A model generated the notes under the pieces. It was not told the DNA's origin. It did not search any database and saw only the letters and a program-made list of their open reading frames with translations. Both the position numbers and the translations under genes were made by a program. From Vicugna vicugna (taxonomy: Eukaryota): a DNA stretch of 64,000 nucleotides. The DNA lies in the NCBI GenBank assembly GCA_013265495.1, contig MU058451.1:1712167-1776166 (forward strand), in the 5' to 3' direction. Below are positions 51,091 to 64,000 of the stretch, piece by piece (within the stretch, counting starts at the first letter, position 1; every line of letters begins with the position of its first letter).

Positions 51091-51291
51091 ATACACAGCC
51101 TCTTCTGTGTAGTGCACTGTGTTGTCTTTTTCTCCTTATATCTTAAAGCAAAGATTGTGTCTCCACAAATACCTAGTAATTAATAGCATACCTCTTGGTT
51201 GTGCAGGAACAGCAGTGATCCCACGGAATAGGAAGTGCTTTATTTAGGAAAAATGCAAGTAACCGAGGGGTGTGTTGTTCCGTTCTTCCAG

Positions 51292-51971
51292 GTGTGTCTG
51301 TGGAAATGCCGGCCGCAGAGGAATATTGCTCGAGTTGACCTGGCGACTCCTTCCTTTGAGGACCCGGGCTCTGTGGCTCTGTTCGGTCCAAAATGGCTGA
51401 GAAGGCCCCCCCTGGCTTAAACAGGAAGACTTCAAGGTCGACGCTTTCTCTGCCACCTGAACCCGTGGACATCATTAGGAGCAAAACGTGCTCCCGGAGG
51501 GTGAAGATCAACGTGGGGGGCCTCAACCACGAGGTCCTGTGGCGAACGTTGGACCGGCTGCCCAGGACCCGCCTGGGGAAGCTCCGGGACTGTAACACGC
51601 ACGAGAGCCTCCTGGAGGTGTGCGATGACTACAATCTGAGCGAGAACGAGTATTTCTTTGATCGCCATCCCGGAGCCTTCACCTCCATTTTAAACTTCTA
51701 CCGGACAGGGAAGCTCCACATGATGGAAGAAATGTGCGCTCTGTCTTTCGGCCAAGAGCTTGATTACTGGGGGATTGATGAGATCTACTTAGAGTCCTGC
51801 TGCCAAGCCAGGTATCATCAAAAGAAAGAGCAGATGAACGAAGAGCTGCGGCGCGAGGCAGAGACCATGCGGGAGCGGGAGGGAGAAGAGTTCGATAACA
51901 CCTGCTGCCCCGAGAAGAGGAAGAAACTCTGGGACCTGCTGGAGAAACCCAACTCGTCCGTGGCCGCAAAG
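51292..51971 (+). other. KCNB2: KCNB2 exon 2 (about 101 nt of 5'UTR plus 579 nt CDS)
   Basis: Acceptor tgttgttccgttcttccAG|G at 51291/51292 and donor at 51972. The acceptor choice is inferred from sequence only. Confidence 0.8.
51393..51971 (+). CDS. KCNB2: KCNB2 (Kv2.2, Shab family) first coding exon, codons 1-193: N-terminus and T1/BTB tetramerisation domain; CDS continues beyond the window
   Basis: [46 protein letters not shown]...EYFFDRHP...[15 protein letters not shown] is the recognisable Kv2.2 N-terminus (Kv2.1 begins MPAGMTK). Has the T1 zinc motif H109-X5-C115-X20-C136C137. Strong Kozak context (aaaATGG). Phase-0 donor AAG|GTATGA at 51971/51972. Confidence 0.98.
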
Positions 51972-54900
51972 GTATGAAAAGCAGAGCGTTGCTTTCCCGC
52001 GCGTGGTCAGAAAAGGCCATAGGTGTATCCTAGAGAGTGTGGTGGTCATCACAGAGGGTGTTTTGGTAAGACAGAGCACAGTGCGGTCATGCGATGAGAC
52101 ATCCTTTCCAGGATCGTAGTGAGTCAGACTTAGTCTTCCTGTTACAGCCTGCGATGGCATTGCTCTTTCCTAAATGGTATTATTATGTCTGGGCAGCAGC
52201 ATCAGAGAGTCCTGGCGACCCTGGTGTTGTATGATGTTGGTGACTTGAAGATTAAGAAGCCAGGACAAGCTCAGGTGCGTCAGGCGTGGAGTCTTGCAGA
52301 AAGGCCTGGGCTCCATCCTGCATGAAAACACGGTGTGGTCTTTGAAAGTGAAGGAGGTGCCTCCTGGTTCTCTAGAGGTGCAGGGAGAGATTGGACTGTG
52401 GACCCATGTGTCTCAGTGGGCTGGGGGCCCCACACATGAGGAAGGAGCAGCCTTTTTAAGCAGTGTAAGCAGTGAATCAGTGTCCAGAGTGCGTCCAGTT
52501 ACCTCCCTTTGGGAGGTCTATTTCTGTCGGCGTATACTTTTATCCACCATCCAGGTAGTACTGTATCTCAGAGGTCATAAAGTGTTGGTGGGAAATGAAG
52601 GTTCATTCATATTTTTCCATTGTGCCTGCATATATCTAAATCTCAGAGTAAAATTTTTTGCCACTGATTTCAGTATTTAATTCACCTGGATGATTCTGTT
52701 TATCTACTTTTATTTAGAGCTTTGAGGGTTAGCACAAACTGATTCTCATCTCGTATGTTTGGTTCCTTATTTCAATATGAACTATAAGTAAAAAGCCAAA
52801 AGAGTCTGGTTTAGCTACAGAAGCACAGTGCTGATGTTTCATGCATATTAGATGAAAATGTAACATGGAATAGAGACGAGAAGAGTGTCTTAGCCCATGA
52901 ATTCTTATGATTATTTACCATTTTTTCAATTATCTTCTCTTATAAATAGTAAAGATGACAGAAATATAATTGACTCTATGTTCCTTTTGACTGGAAATTA
53001 AAATTCTCCGTGATAGTCTACAATATATAAATAATGTAAATAACCAGCTGAATGCAGTGATCATAAAACTGCTTCTTGCCCTGATTGATATTTCTAGTTT
53101 TGCATCTTTTGACTTCTACAGGCATTTTACTTTCCGGCCAGAATGTGGAACTAAATGAAATAAAATGTTACTTCTGCTGTACATAGTGAAATAATGCACA
53201 TTTTGTGGCAAATGGAAGATTTCAGCCAGGTCTTTTTGTAGTTATGAGTAATTTGTTTGCTTTTGTTTTATCTGTAAGAAAGAGCTGTGCTACATTTGTG
53301 GGTTTTGGTGAGAAAGGTTACTGCTCTTTCCAAGATCAAGTGTTTAAGTTACACATTCGAGTTACCACTAAAAATATGGAGTGAATTTTGAAGCTGAATA
53401 AGATAAACTCTGGATTTAGGGAAGTTTTTGGGGTGTCAGATGAACTCTTTCAAGCTTTTAGGCAATTTAGGAATAAATCGTTGTTTCACCAGGTATTCCT
53501 GAGGAAGTTAGCCAAATATGTAAAAATAAGCAGCTATGTTAAAGAAAATTTGAAAGGTTACTGTGGTTTATTTGCTGATAACGACATTACTAACACACAT
53601 CTAAAATTAAGTACTGTTATAGAAAAAATTTTAATATATACCTATTTTTTTTCTGAAGGATTTCTGGTAAGGATGGCATAAGGTCATAAACTCATTTCCC
53701 AGATAAGGGAGTTCATTTAATCTTTAAATTTTAGACATAGTAGCGCTCTCTTGATGTCAAAGGTGATGTTGATAATGGCTTATTATAATATACCATTATA
53801 TACCCCCATACATCAGACAGATTATTTAAACGTGCTTCACATTACGTACGTACAGATATCTACTGACAGACTATACCTGGCAGTGAAGGACATTGGTTTG
53901 GAACTTTTTATGTAGTTATAAATAATAAATTTGGTTCCAAATTATTAATCAGGATAAGTGAATCCTTGCTACCCTAAGTGGAGTCTCTACTAAATTTTCA
54001 TAAAGGATTTGTGTTTGTTTGTTTAAATGTCTGCATTTCCCCTCTCTGAATGGTGAAATATGATGCAAATTCCTTACATTTGATTATAGGGTAGTTAAGT
54101 GAAAGTGTTGTTCATTCGTCTAAGGTTTGGAGCCTTTTAAAACCAGCTCTGTATGATACTTACATAAACCACCACCTTGCCTGTGCTCTTCTCAAGTCAT
54201 GTAACTTGTTATTTTTCCAGGATAATTATTGGTGAGGGGAGTGCTAATGCTATGTGTGTGTGTGTGAATATGTGTAAATAGTATTTTTACAACTTTCATT
54301 TTTTCATTACAAAATGAAGAAATTCATTTCATCCAAGCTGCAGTGGGGTGACACTCTGGCCCTCACTGTGCTGTGGGTGTCAGGTCCTGCTTTTCCTGGG
54401 AAGCTCCCGTGTAGGGCGGCTTGGAATCTATGTGTCCTTTCCTAACTTGCTTTGGAGATAACTTATCTCTGGAGGAGAATGTCTGTTTACCTTGCCTTTT
54501 CAGTTAGTGATTATTCAGCAATAATTGGTAATGAGTCAAATGTATAAAAATTGTTCTCTGTGCACTATGCACATTCGAGTAGACATGTAGAAAGACAATC
54601 CTTTCTCTCCAGAAATTAAAAAAAAAAAAGACTCTTAGCTTAAGCAGGGATTTCATATCCTTGAAAATATTTGTTTTTTCTCTTTTGGTTTTTCTGTGTT
54701 TTATAATTTATAATATTTCTTTAATAAAGTATAAATGTGATGGGATTTCATGACAAATTCCTAGCGTGGCAGGAAAAATTTGATCTTTTCTATCAAATAT
54801 TCCACGGTGGGTTAAAACATCTATTCATTGACATGGAATAAATACTCAATAGTCAGTTAAGGAATAATTGTTCAGCCCATGTGCATCCACTGTAATATGT

Positions 54901-57900
54901 AAAATTACTGCAAGGCCCACTGATCTGTCATCCTATCCTTGGGTGTAACCCTGACACACCCAGTAGCAATTCAGCTCTTGTAGAACATGCTTCTTGGTGT
55001 CAGTTCTATTAATTGAACTTTCTAGTGTATTAGGAACTGAAAAAAATGCCAAATAGAGTTTAAAACTGTGGTGTATTTAAAATGTCTATATTTAACAAAT
55101 TAACGTTTTTACAATACACAGAATACCATGAACTATAATGGTACTTTTCACAAAATACCAAGAGGATTAATAGACATTGGTGGTTTTCTGGGGTGTGGGG
55201 TGACCTAGTAATGGGACTTGAGTGTATATCTGTATGATAGACTTTGTTTTCTTTCAGTTCCGTCAGTGTATCTGGTGACTGTGTATTTTCCCTCAGATAG
55301 AGATAATGTACCAAGTTTAAACTGGAGGCTATTTATGAATGTGGGGCCCGGCCAAATGGGCCCAGGGTAGTGGGGCGTGGCTGGGACTGATCTCCGGGGT
55401 TTCCACATCATAGAATTGCTAGCTCTGGGACGCCTTTCATAGGAACATGCAAGGGGAGGAGATGCTGCCTCCTGCATCTCCTGGGCAGTGATTTCAAGTT
55501 AGACTTGATCCTGTACCTCTTCCAGCCCAGGGCAATTTAGTCAGCTTCTGGATTGGAAACATTTTTCTCTTTTCTTTGGCCTCTTCCCTAAGGAACTGAA
55601 GTGGCTGTTCCCCTTTACACACTGCACAGAGACTTGGGTCTCAGAAGTGTTTGAAAGCCTTTAAGGGAAAGGGGTCCTAAGGCATGAGGTCTTAGCAGCC
55701 TTGGGGGTGAAGAACCACCAGGAGGGAGCACAGCCCACCTGCGAGCTGAGTGGGGCTCAGGCCGTACGGCGCCCTCACTCGGATATCTGAAGAAGGTCAA
55801 GAGCGAAGGATGTCAGCGGGTCTTCAGGCAGACCCAGCAGGGAATGGCTGGGCCCTGAGCTGAGCTCAGCCGAGCAGGTGGGTGAATCTGGTGTGCCCAA
55901 CAGCACCAGCGACTGGCCAATCTCAGGTGTCAGGTCAGGAACAAGACTGCAAGCAGCCCTCATTTGATAAGGACAATACAAGGCAAGGTCTGCAGAAGGA
56001 CGTGTCTGTTCATCTGACCCAGTGCAGAGAGAGCCACCTGTTGGGCGGGGTCCAGGGTCGATGGGCCACTGTTTTATTATCTGCTGCCCTCTCTTCATCT
56101 CCCCATTTATCCTCAGCTGTCACTTATTTAAGAGGCATATTTTCCCCATTGTCTTCTCCTCCCCCCACCCCCATTTTCTCTGTTTCTCTTTTGTGCCCCA
56201 GAAAGGGAGAGGATGATTGACCAGAGAATCATTAACGTTTTCCATGGCTGACCTCCGAAGGAGAAAAATGAAGCTAAAATTAAATTCTCCCTAAAGAGAA
56301 AAACTGCTTACAAAGGAATCAGATTTTGTCAGGGAGAGTGGAGCTGGAAGGGCCACAAACTATTGTAACATCTGAGATTTTTGTCACCCCTCCCCGTAAG
56401 AACCAACGTTCTCCTCTTGGCAATGAAATTGAACATGTGTAGAAATGGAGGGAAGGGGATGACAGTGTTTCCTGCCTACTCCACCCACTCACATGGCCAC
56501 CATCGCAGGCAAGACAGGGCACAGCACTCGGCGGAAGCCTGGGAAGGGGCGGGAGACCTCAGTCACATCCTCGGAGCAAGAGGGAGCTGTGGTGGTCCTG
56601 ACGTTCACAGTCTGTCCCTGGAGCTCCAGGGGCAAGGTTAGAGGTTTCCCAGGGGATGGTGCCTGTTTGTTGCCCTTTGACAATAACCTTGAGAACCACA
56701 CTCGGTCTTGTAACTGAATTGAGTGTGGGCCTTTCCAGCCACGGAAATAGTAAAAAGAAAATAAATCCAAATAAAACAAAACTCCTGTGTACTCATCAAG
56801 GGGAAAAGAATGCTTAACATTCCTATTCTGTTTATAGTATATGGATCAGTTATTCTCAGGCTTTGAATGAAAAAAAGAAAGGTATGAGAACAGAGCCATA
56901 AATGATTTCCTTTTCGTCCAAGAACAGAACTTTCACATTGTGTGTATGTAAGTGCACCACACATACATAGTGTATATGTGTGCATATAGTCTGTGTATAT
57001 GTATAGTCAAGTGAACCATTCTGTCCGTGCAAAACTCTCAGTTTCGCTTTCTGATGCCTCTCATAGTGATTAACATTAACGGTGGCCATTAAGACCCCAA
57101 GGAAGCAGATGCAGTGTGAGCACACACGGCCGCCTGCCTGCATCGGGGCCCCTCTGTGGGCGGAACTCCCGTTCCTCCCTGGCATCGCGCGTGGCCTAGC
57201 GAGCGTGCCAGTCGTGCTGCTTCTGGGCCGAATGTTTGCTGTTTTCCCTTCTTGGCGCTTTCCTTTCTGCATCCCAGCGGCGCAGAGTGGGTTTTCGTGC
57301 TTTTCTGATAGCAGGGCGTGAGGGCTCAGAAGTGCTCACAGAAGATAGTTTAATAGGACTTGGCCAGTCCATGGAGGGTTGACATAGAGATAGGTTTTCC
57401 TTTTTTTATACGCAACCCATGCAGACTAACAGGTTGAGAGCCCCAAAGCAATTAGGGATAAGAGAATAAAACAGATAAGATAGAAAACAGCACTGGGTTT
57501 TCATTAAAATGCTTCAGATATTCCATTGTTTGCTTCCAGTGATCCTATATTTCTAAATCTGTGCTTCTCTGCTTTCCCTGAAAAGCTGCCCTGAAAATGC
57601 ACCACTCTGCCCTCTTGGCCTCACTTGATCATAGCGGGAAGGAGGAGAAAGGAGGAGGAAACTGATACAAAGTCCACATCCCAGGTCCTTTTTCCTAGGG
57701 TGCCATAAATCTTGATTTTGCTGCAAATACCCCCAGTGAATGCCTTTTGTCCTAGTCTAATTATTAATAACATCTCCTTTCACTCTTAAAAAGTGTCCAC
57801 CTTTGGACAGTAAACTATAGATCACCTTACATGTGAATATTTTTTTTGAAAGAAATTACTCCAGAATGATGTACTTTTCATTTCCTCTTTGCTTCTTGGT

Positions 57901-60900
57901 TACATCTGAAGAGGGCCAGTCTTAATTTTCAAGTAATTTTTTTCACCTCTTTTGAAAAATCATTGGTTTCCATTAATATTACGAGATGATGTTCAGATCC
58001 CTTTCAAGCTTGATTTTTAAACCTCAGTAAGTAATTATCATCTTCAAAGTATAAAAAAAGAAAACTAAGGACTTCTTTCCACATCATCTAATGTTATCAC
58101 AAAACAGAATACATTGACAGTATTTAAATATTCTGGTTTTGAAAATCCATGCTTTCATTTTTAACAGATTTGTTTTCTTTGTTTCAAGTGAGTGACTTTA
58201 TAAAGTGACTGATGGACTATTTTAGGTGAGCATAAGCATTATGAAGGAACGGTCACAATATTGAACACTCTCCAGTTTGGAAGGAGCTAGAAGGGTTTGA
58301 ATAAATGTTTTAGATTAAGTGTTCTTATCTGAGCTTAATTCCCATTTTAAAAAAAGCAGCAGCAAAACAAATACTTTCCAAATGCTAAGAGTTTATAAGA
58401 AAATTCCCATGTGCATATGCCTTGACCTCACATAGCTTGCCCATAGTATTAACTTTTAAGCATGTATGTTGTCTAGTGGAACTTCGCCCTGAAAGTTTTG
58501 TCTAATAATTGTGTGAAAGTACAGCCTTGTAACTGCTTTGATTCCTCAAGGAGATGGTTAGTCATTGCCTCACCCATATTTATTTATATTGTTACTGTGT
58601 AACTTTTCCCCAGGATGTTAGAGACTATCCAGGTCATCCTGATGACTTTTAATTAGCCCTGTGATGTGGTACAGATACAACTGCCTAGTTGGTTACATTG
58701 GAACTGAACATGGGAAGATGCTATTTTGAATGTCACTGTTCTTTTCCCTTTTATTAGCCGTTATATTTGACAGGAATATTTGTTGTATACAATGAAATGA
58801 AATAATCTCTTTCCAAAGAACTTGTTAAGATAGTTTATTATGGAATGTGAAATTAGCCAATTTTTATTGAATATTAAATATTGCATACAAAATATAAGAT
58901 ATTTATGGAATATTAAACATTGCATACATTGGATCATCAGAAATAAAAAGCCTTGAACAGTCCATTTATTTTTAACTCCTCTGCACTTCCACCTTATTCC
59001 ACAAAAGAGGCAGCTCGCTAGAAATATATACACTAAAAGTTCAAATAAAATAACCAAAAAAGAATTAAGAGCAAAGAAAAAGAACTAAGAGAAATAAATT
59101 TTAAATTGTCACAGTAATGCTAGGGAATGCTTCATTTTCTGCAAAATGTTTTGCATAATTTTAATTTAAAAAATGACAGTCTTGCAGTTTAATAATAGAG
59201 TTGACAATTAATAAACAAAATTTGTGCTCATGATTAGAAAAATGTACCTGTCTATTCTTAGAGGACCTGGTTTACTGACCAGACCAGGGTAAGAGCCATT
59301 CTTAACACAAAGACTCTGTCTGTATGCTCATGTGTATTGACCATTCTGATTAAGAAGAAAAATATTTTCAAAATAATTAACCAAGTTGATTCTAGAAGAA
59401 TTACTGGAATAAAAATACCCTTTTGATCAAAACATGATTACATAGGGAAAAATAAACCCAGCTGCCAATGTACAATCCATGAACTAACCATAGATTACAA
59501 TAGATGTTTTAATTTTGGCATTGATTTAGCATTGGTGGTTTTATTCTGTTTCAGAATAATCCCCAGAGTTCCATGACATCCAATAATCTGTAACGTGGGG
59601 AGGTATAAATCTGAATTCTGTATAACGTAAGGTTGGTCTGTAGTAGCTGGTGACTTTGATAGTAAGCTTAGCTGGCCACTTGACACTGTTGGCCTCACCC
59701 AATCTGGTTGTTTTCTCTGATTGTCATACACACTAATTCTCATTAATTGTTCCTGTATTTTATAGTGGAGATCATGGTATCAGAGAGATTCACACAGGAC
59801 ACATCCTTTATTTAAAATATCCTACTTAGGTATTCCAAGAGTGATAGAAGCTGTTTAAGGCAAAAGTCAACCTGGAAATTATTCTTGCCCACTAATATGC
59901 TGGGTGGTCGTTAAAACCCTTCCTACCTCAGCAGTGGAGCAGAGAAGGTAAAGAAGTTCCCAGGTCGTGGCAGCCAGCATATTCCACGTAGCATGTGGGC
60001 ATCTGAGGCAAGCTGCACTTCCTGTATCTCCAACGCTGTAGTTGATGATAACTTTATAGTTTACAGTTGGCACTTTGAAGGACTTCAGGAGACCGAGACT
60101 TCTCTGCAATTGCTCTGTCAGCCTTGATACACAGACCTAACCAATCTAGAATAAAGCAGCTAGATGTGGACCAGAAACAAATGGAGAAGTACAGTAACAG
60201 GCAGTGGAAAAGTGGGAGAGGACGATGTTTGCCCTCATCCCTCTAGAACTTTCCCAGGAGGCACTAAAAGCTAACATCAGGACTCTATGAGACTCTGCAC
60301 CTATGTATTATTTATTTATGTCTGTATACATCTATGTTGAAGTTAATGCCTTAGCTAATGCAGAAAATGAGTGGATTTTTTTTCCCTTTTAAATCATCCC
60401 CTTTCATGTCTTCATAAAGCTTTCAATGAAAGAACTCTGGATATTACTAAGGACGGGTACCTGAAGTAGATAGATCCATCTGCTGTTTGTGGTCAAGCTT
60501 CTGTGTCTAGGGTGGGCAAACCAGGTAGCAGCAGCCTTCACCAAGTGGCACCTGAATTTAGAGAGAGAGAGAGAAAAATTGCTCATATACACTTCCACTT
60601 CTCCATTAGAGCTATTATGTTATAAAAACCCACCTGCACAAAAATGCAGTGAACTTCAACCTGTATTTGGTAATTTACGATAGATGCAACTTTGTCATCC
60701 AAATAAGACAGCTCATTCAGAATATAAAGTTTTATGATAACCTGATCGGGCATGAAGTTCATGAAAAATGTTCTAGTGGCCCAAGAATAGCAAGAAGTGT
60801 TTTCATTAGTCTCCAGGATTTTGTTTTAGGATGGTAGAGGTCATTGCCACCCTGGATTTCACGCTTTTAGTTATGTCTTGTTGAGTCACTCTTGACACAA

Positions 60901-63900
60901 CCACAAGTATCGAATGCTACTTTATATAGCTTCTCAAGCCTACGCCACAGCAGTGCCAAGGACGGCCAAGTAATCCCGGTGCAGCTCTGAAGGGAGTTGC
61001 CTAATTGGAACATCCTTCACTGCAGCCAACCTCAGGATATTTGCATATGAATGAAAGAGCTTCCAACCTTCTGATCGTTGTTTTATTTTGAATTGATATA
61101 AAACCTAGAGTGCAATTTTTGGATATTGACATGTGGCTGTCTTATCTGGTGTCATCTAAGTGAAACCCACAACCAAATGTGTTTTTCAAATTAGATTTTT
61201 TTTTAACATTCATAGTTTAGTTTCCATCTTAGAGTTACATGTGTCTCTGGCAACTTTCTGTGTAGGACTGTCGAACTTGTACATTGGTGTCCAAACGTGT
61301 TGTTTCAGCAAGAATTTTGGTTGAATTAGAAAATAAACTACTGCCACTATCTATGAAGTATAGCAACTGATTTGTCCTGTGATAAATTAGACGTATATCA
61401 TTAATACAATGGAAAATTTCACATTGGGAAACTAGCAGAGGCCATGCATAGTATCCTTACGGTAAGCACCCTGTTCCATTTTAGTGCAGTTCTTAGTTTA
61501 GAGGCAGAAAAACATTAGTAGGCAATCTTGTTTTTTAAGAGGTGATAATTTGCTATACTACAGATGGAATGAACTGCATATGCAATGAAAGAAAACATGA
61601 AGTAGTAGGCTAGAATCTAGGATAACGTGAATTTGCTCTTCCATATTTGCTATGTAAAAAAGCTAGCACATTTTATTATATTTCTTAAGTGAATTCTGCA
61701 GGTGTGAAAATTATTGTATTATATAAGTAAAGTAATTGCATTATCAGTAATATTAAAATTCAAAGCAAAGATCTGTTTTAAGCACTGATCTTTATTTTTC
61801 AAACTCTTGCTCGTGAGCCAATATAAATATTTTAAATTGCAGGGAGTGTTTATAAAGTACTAATCACATGCATTTTTTTCCCCAAAATTTTATAATTAGA
61901 TTAGGCATGAGGTAGCTTAAAGGGGAGCAAACTGTTTTGATAGGCATCTTTTAACCATATATCAGGTACATTTATGTGCTCAAAAAGAGAAATGTTCTAT
62001 TACAGTTGGAAACATCGTTTTGGGTTCTGTGTTTACCTGTCTCTGTTAAGTTATCCAACAAATGCCAAAGTATTGAACTTTCCTACCCTGCTGCCCTTTG
62101 AGGCATACATCTAAATGGGATTCTGAAGATCAGAGGACAGTCTCTGCTGTTTATCAGACATTCTGTGAGAAAAAGTCCTCCAAAGCTCCAGGTTGCCACC
62201 AGTGGGTACTTTGAAAACATCCAAATGCCTTTCTCATTGCAGAGCAGCCCAAAGGAAGAAATGTCCTTATTGCTTCCTTGCAGCTCTTACTTCCTCTCTC
62301 TGTCTGAGGAGGCTCACCTTGCCCCGCTCCCCTTTCTACATCACTCCTTCTCGGCTCCTTCACCTGGCTCAGCCCTTCCACAGGAACACAAAAGAAACCC
62401 TGTCCTCCTGCCCACACCACATACAGCCCTGCCGGTCCCCTCCGGAGTCTTCCTCATCACTGGCTATATTGGTGACACTATCAAACCATTGATTTTTCCA
62501 TGTAATTTCCTTGCCTCCAGTTGGATTTCACATTTGTCTTTGTCTGGCTGTAAGTCTTTTCACAAGGTGATATCTACCAGATTTCAATGAAATTGAATGT
62601 AGCAGAGTCCAGATTAGAGAAGGTAGAGAAACCTAAAACATCCAGGCTTCATTTTGCCTTTATAAACAGGTGTTTGTTTTCCTTTATCCTCCAGCATCAG
62701 AGTCTGAGAGTAGGCAGACTTTTTTCTTCTCAACTCTTTAAAACCAGTATCTAAATAGTCCTTTTTCTCTTTGTTTGAGAGAATCTGATTCCTCACCACC
62801 CCCCATGCCCTCTCCTAACGCATGAGCTCTGCGTGCACAGATCAAGGTGGTTTTTCCTCCCACTTCCTCACAATAGTTGTCCCTCTCCCTAGAGCCTTCT
62901 GTTTGGAGGAGAAATTTAACTCTGGGGGAAGAGATGGTGGCTTATTGATACCTGATACAGTAACAGATGCTTTTCTTGAAGCTACATTAGATTCTGTTTT
63001 CAAAGTCCTCTGTGAGGTCTAGCTAGAACGTCCTGACGTCATCTGTGTTCTTGCAACACTTAACCCTGTCTCTTATTCTGAGCCAGTTCTTTTCTAACAA
63101 TATCGCTTCCTTCACAACCTGAAAAAGAATCAACCTTGTTCCCTGAAGTCCAAAGTCATGAAGTAGAAGCCACATTTTCTCATCCTTTCAGTAATTAGGA
63201 TGACCTTTGTGTAACAGCAGGAAGGAAAGAATTTATACTGGGTGCCCGCTGTGTGTCAGACCCTGAACTTGGGGGTTTTTCATGTTGACCATTTACAACA
63301 GGCTTCCAACAGAATGGATACAAATCCCAACATGCCACTTAGCGAGGGATGACAGACAGGAATTTGATATTTCTGGGTCTCAGCCCTCTAAACTGTGTAA
63401 TGGATTGTCTTCTCCCAGCACTGGTATGAAGTAGTGCTACGTAAACCATGGCCCATGGGCCAAATCCTGGCTGCTGTCAAGCTTTACTGGAACCCAACTA
63501 CGCCATTTCTTCATGTGCTGTCTGGCTACCTTCACACCAGAAAGAGTTGAGTAGCTGTGACAGTGACCTTCTGGCCTATAAAGCTGAAAATATTTACTAT
63601 CTGGCTCTTTACAGAAAAAGGTTGCTGACCTCTGATTGGGTCACTTCTGAACTCGAAACCTCAGTGATTTCCCATGCTTGCAGCCGAGTTCAGACTCCTG
63701 CATTGGCATTTAAGACTCATCACAACCCACCTGTCCAGCCACATGCCTTCCCACTCCTCATCCATTATGCTCCAGTTATTCCAGACTGTCCACCATTCCT
63801 GAAGACCAGGCTGTTTACTTCACTCAACAAGCAGTGCTCTCATGGGCTCCATCCATCCAGAGGGGATGTCTTTTTTTCTCATTTGCGTGTGGTGCCTTGT

Positions 63901-64000
63901 AAACTGGCTGCAACCACAGCTGCACACACCTGGCACGTTCACGTGGACACCACTGCTCTCCTGACCTGGATCGCCCTTTGTCCCTCGTCTGTCCTTCCTT
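51972..64000 (+). other. KCNB2: KCNB2 intron 2 (5' part)
   Basis: Follows the GT donor; no S1-S6 transmembrane coding sequence appears in the rest of the window. Confidence 0.9.
63436..63635. mobile_element. MER58A-like hAT-Charlie MITE
   Basis: ggcccatgggccaaatc...gagttgagtagctgtgacag...aaaatatttactatctggctctttacagaaaaaggttgctgacctctg. Confidence 0.82.

Larger units (their letters stand above)
26111..51291 (+). other. KCNB2: KCNB2 intron 1 (~25.2 kb)
   Basis: GT...AG between the inferred donor and acceptor; repeat-rich content. Confidence 0.7.

Noticed and set aside
51173..52160. Antisense ORFs overlapping the KCNB2 exon
   Set aside because: Shadows of GC-rich coding sequence with no independent support.
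58869..58928. Short direct duplications (period 39 here; period 35 at 29426-29490)
   Set aside because: Ordinary slippage products in AT-rich DNA; only two units, so not an array.
1..64000. CRISPR arrays, operons or prokaryotic defence systems
   Set aside because: The sequence is mammalian, with no regularly spaced repeats and only one genuine coding exon.

Overview
Mammalian (eutherian) genomic DNA, very probably camelid: it carries three copies of a tRNA-Ala-derived SINE of the Vic-1 type. The window holds the 5' end of KCNB2 (voltage-gated K+ channel Kv2.2) on the + strand: about 24.7 kb of repeat-rich upstream DNA, a CpG-island promoter with a non-coding exon 1 (donor at 26110/26111), a ~25.2 kb intron 1, the first coding exon (about 51292-51971; codons 1-193, T1/BTB domain) and the start of intron 2. 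The rest is mostly old interspersed repeats (L1, L2, MIR, MaLR, hAT). All other ORFs in the supplied track look spurious or repeat-derived. I see no new multi-gene system. The two most unusual structures are (1) a young ~96%-identical ~180-bp inverted duplication inside an ancient L2, 240 nt upstream of the coding-exon acceptor, which would form a long pre-mRNA hairpin, and (2) a 5' leader with five upstream AUGs, one lying in the loop of a predicted four-tier G-quadruplex. Repeat family names and boundaries come from visual recognition and are approximate.
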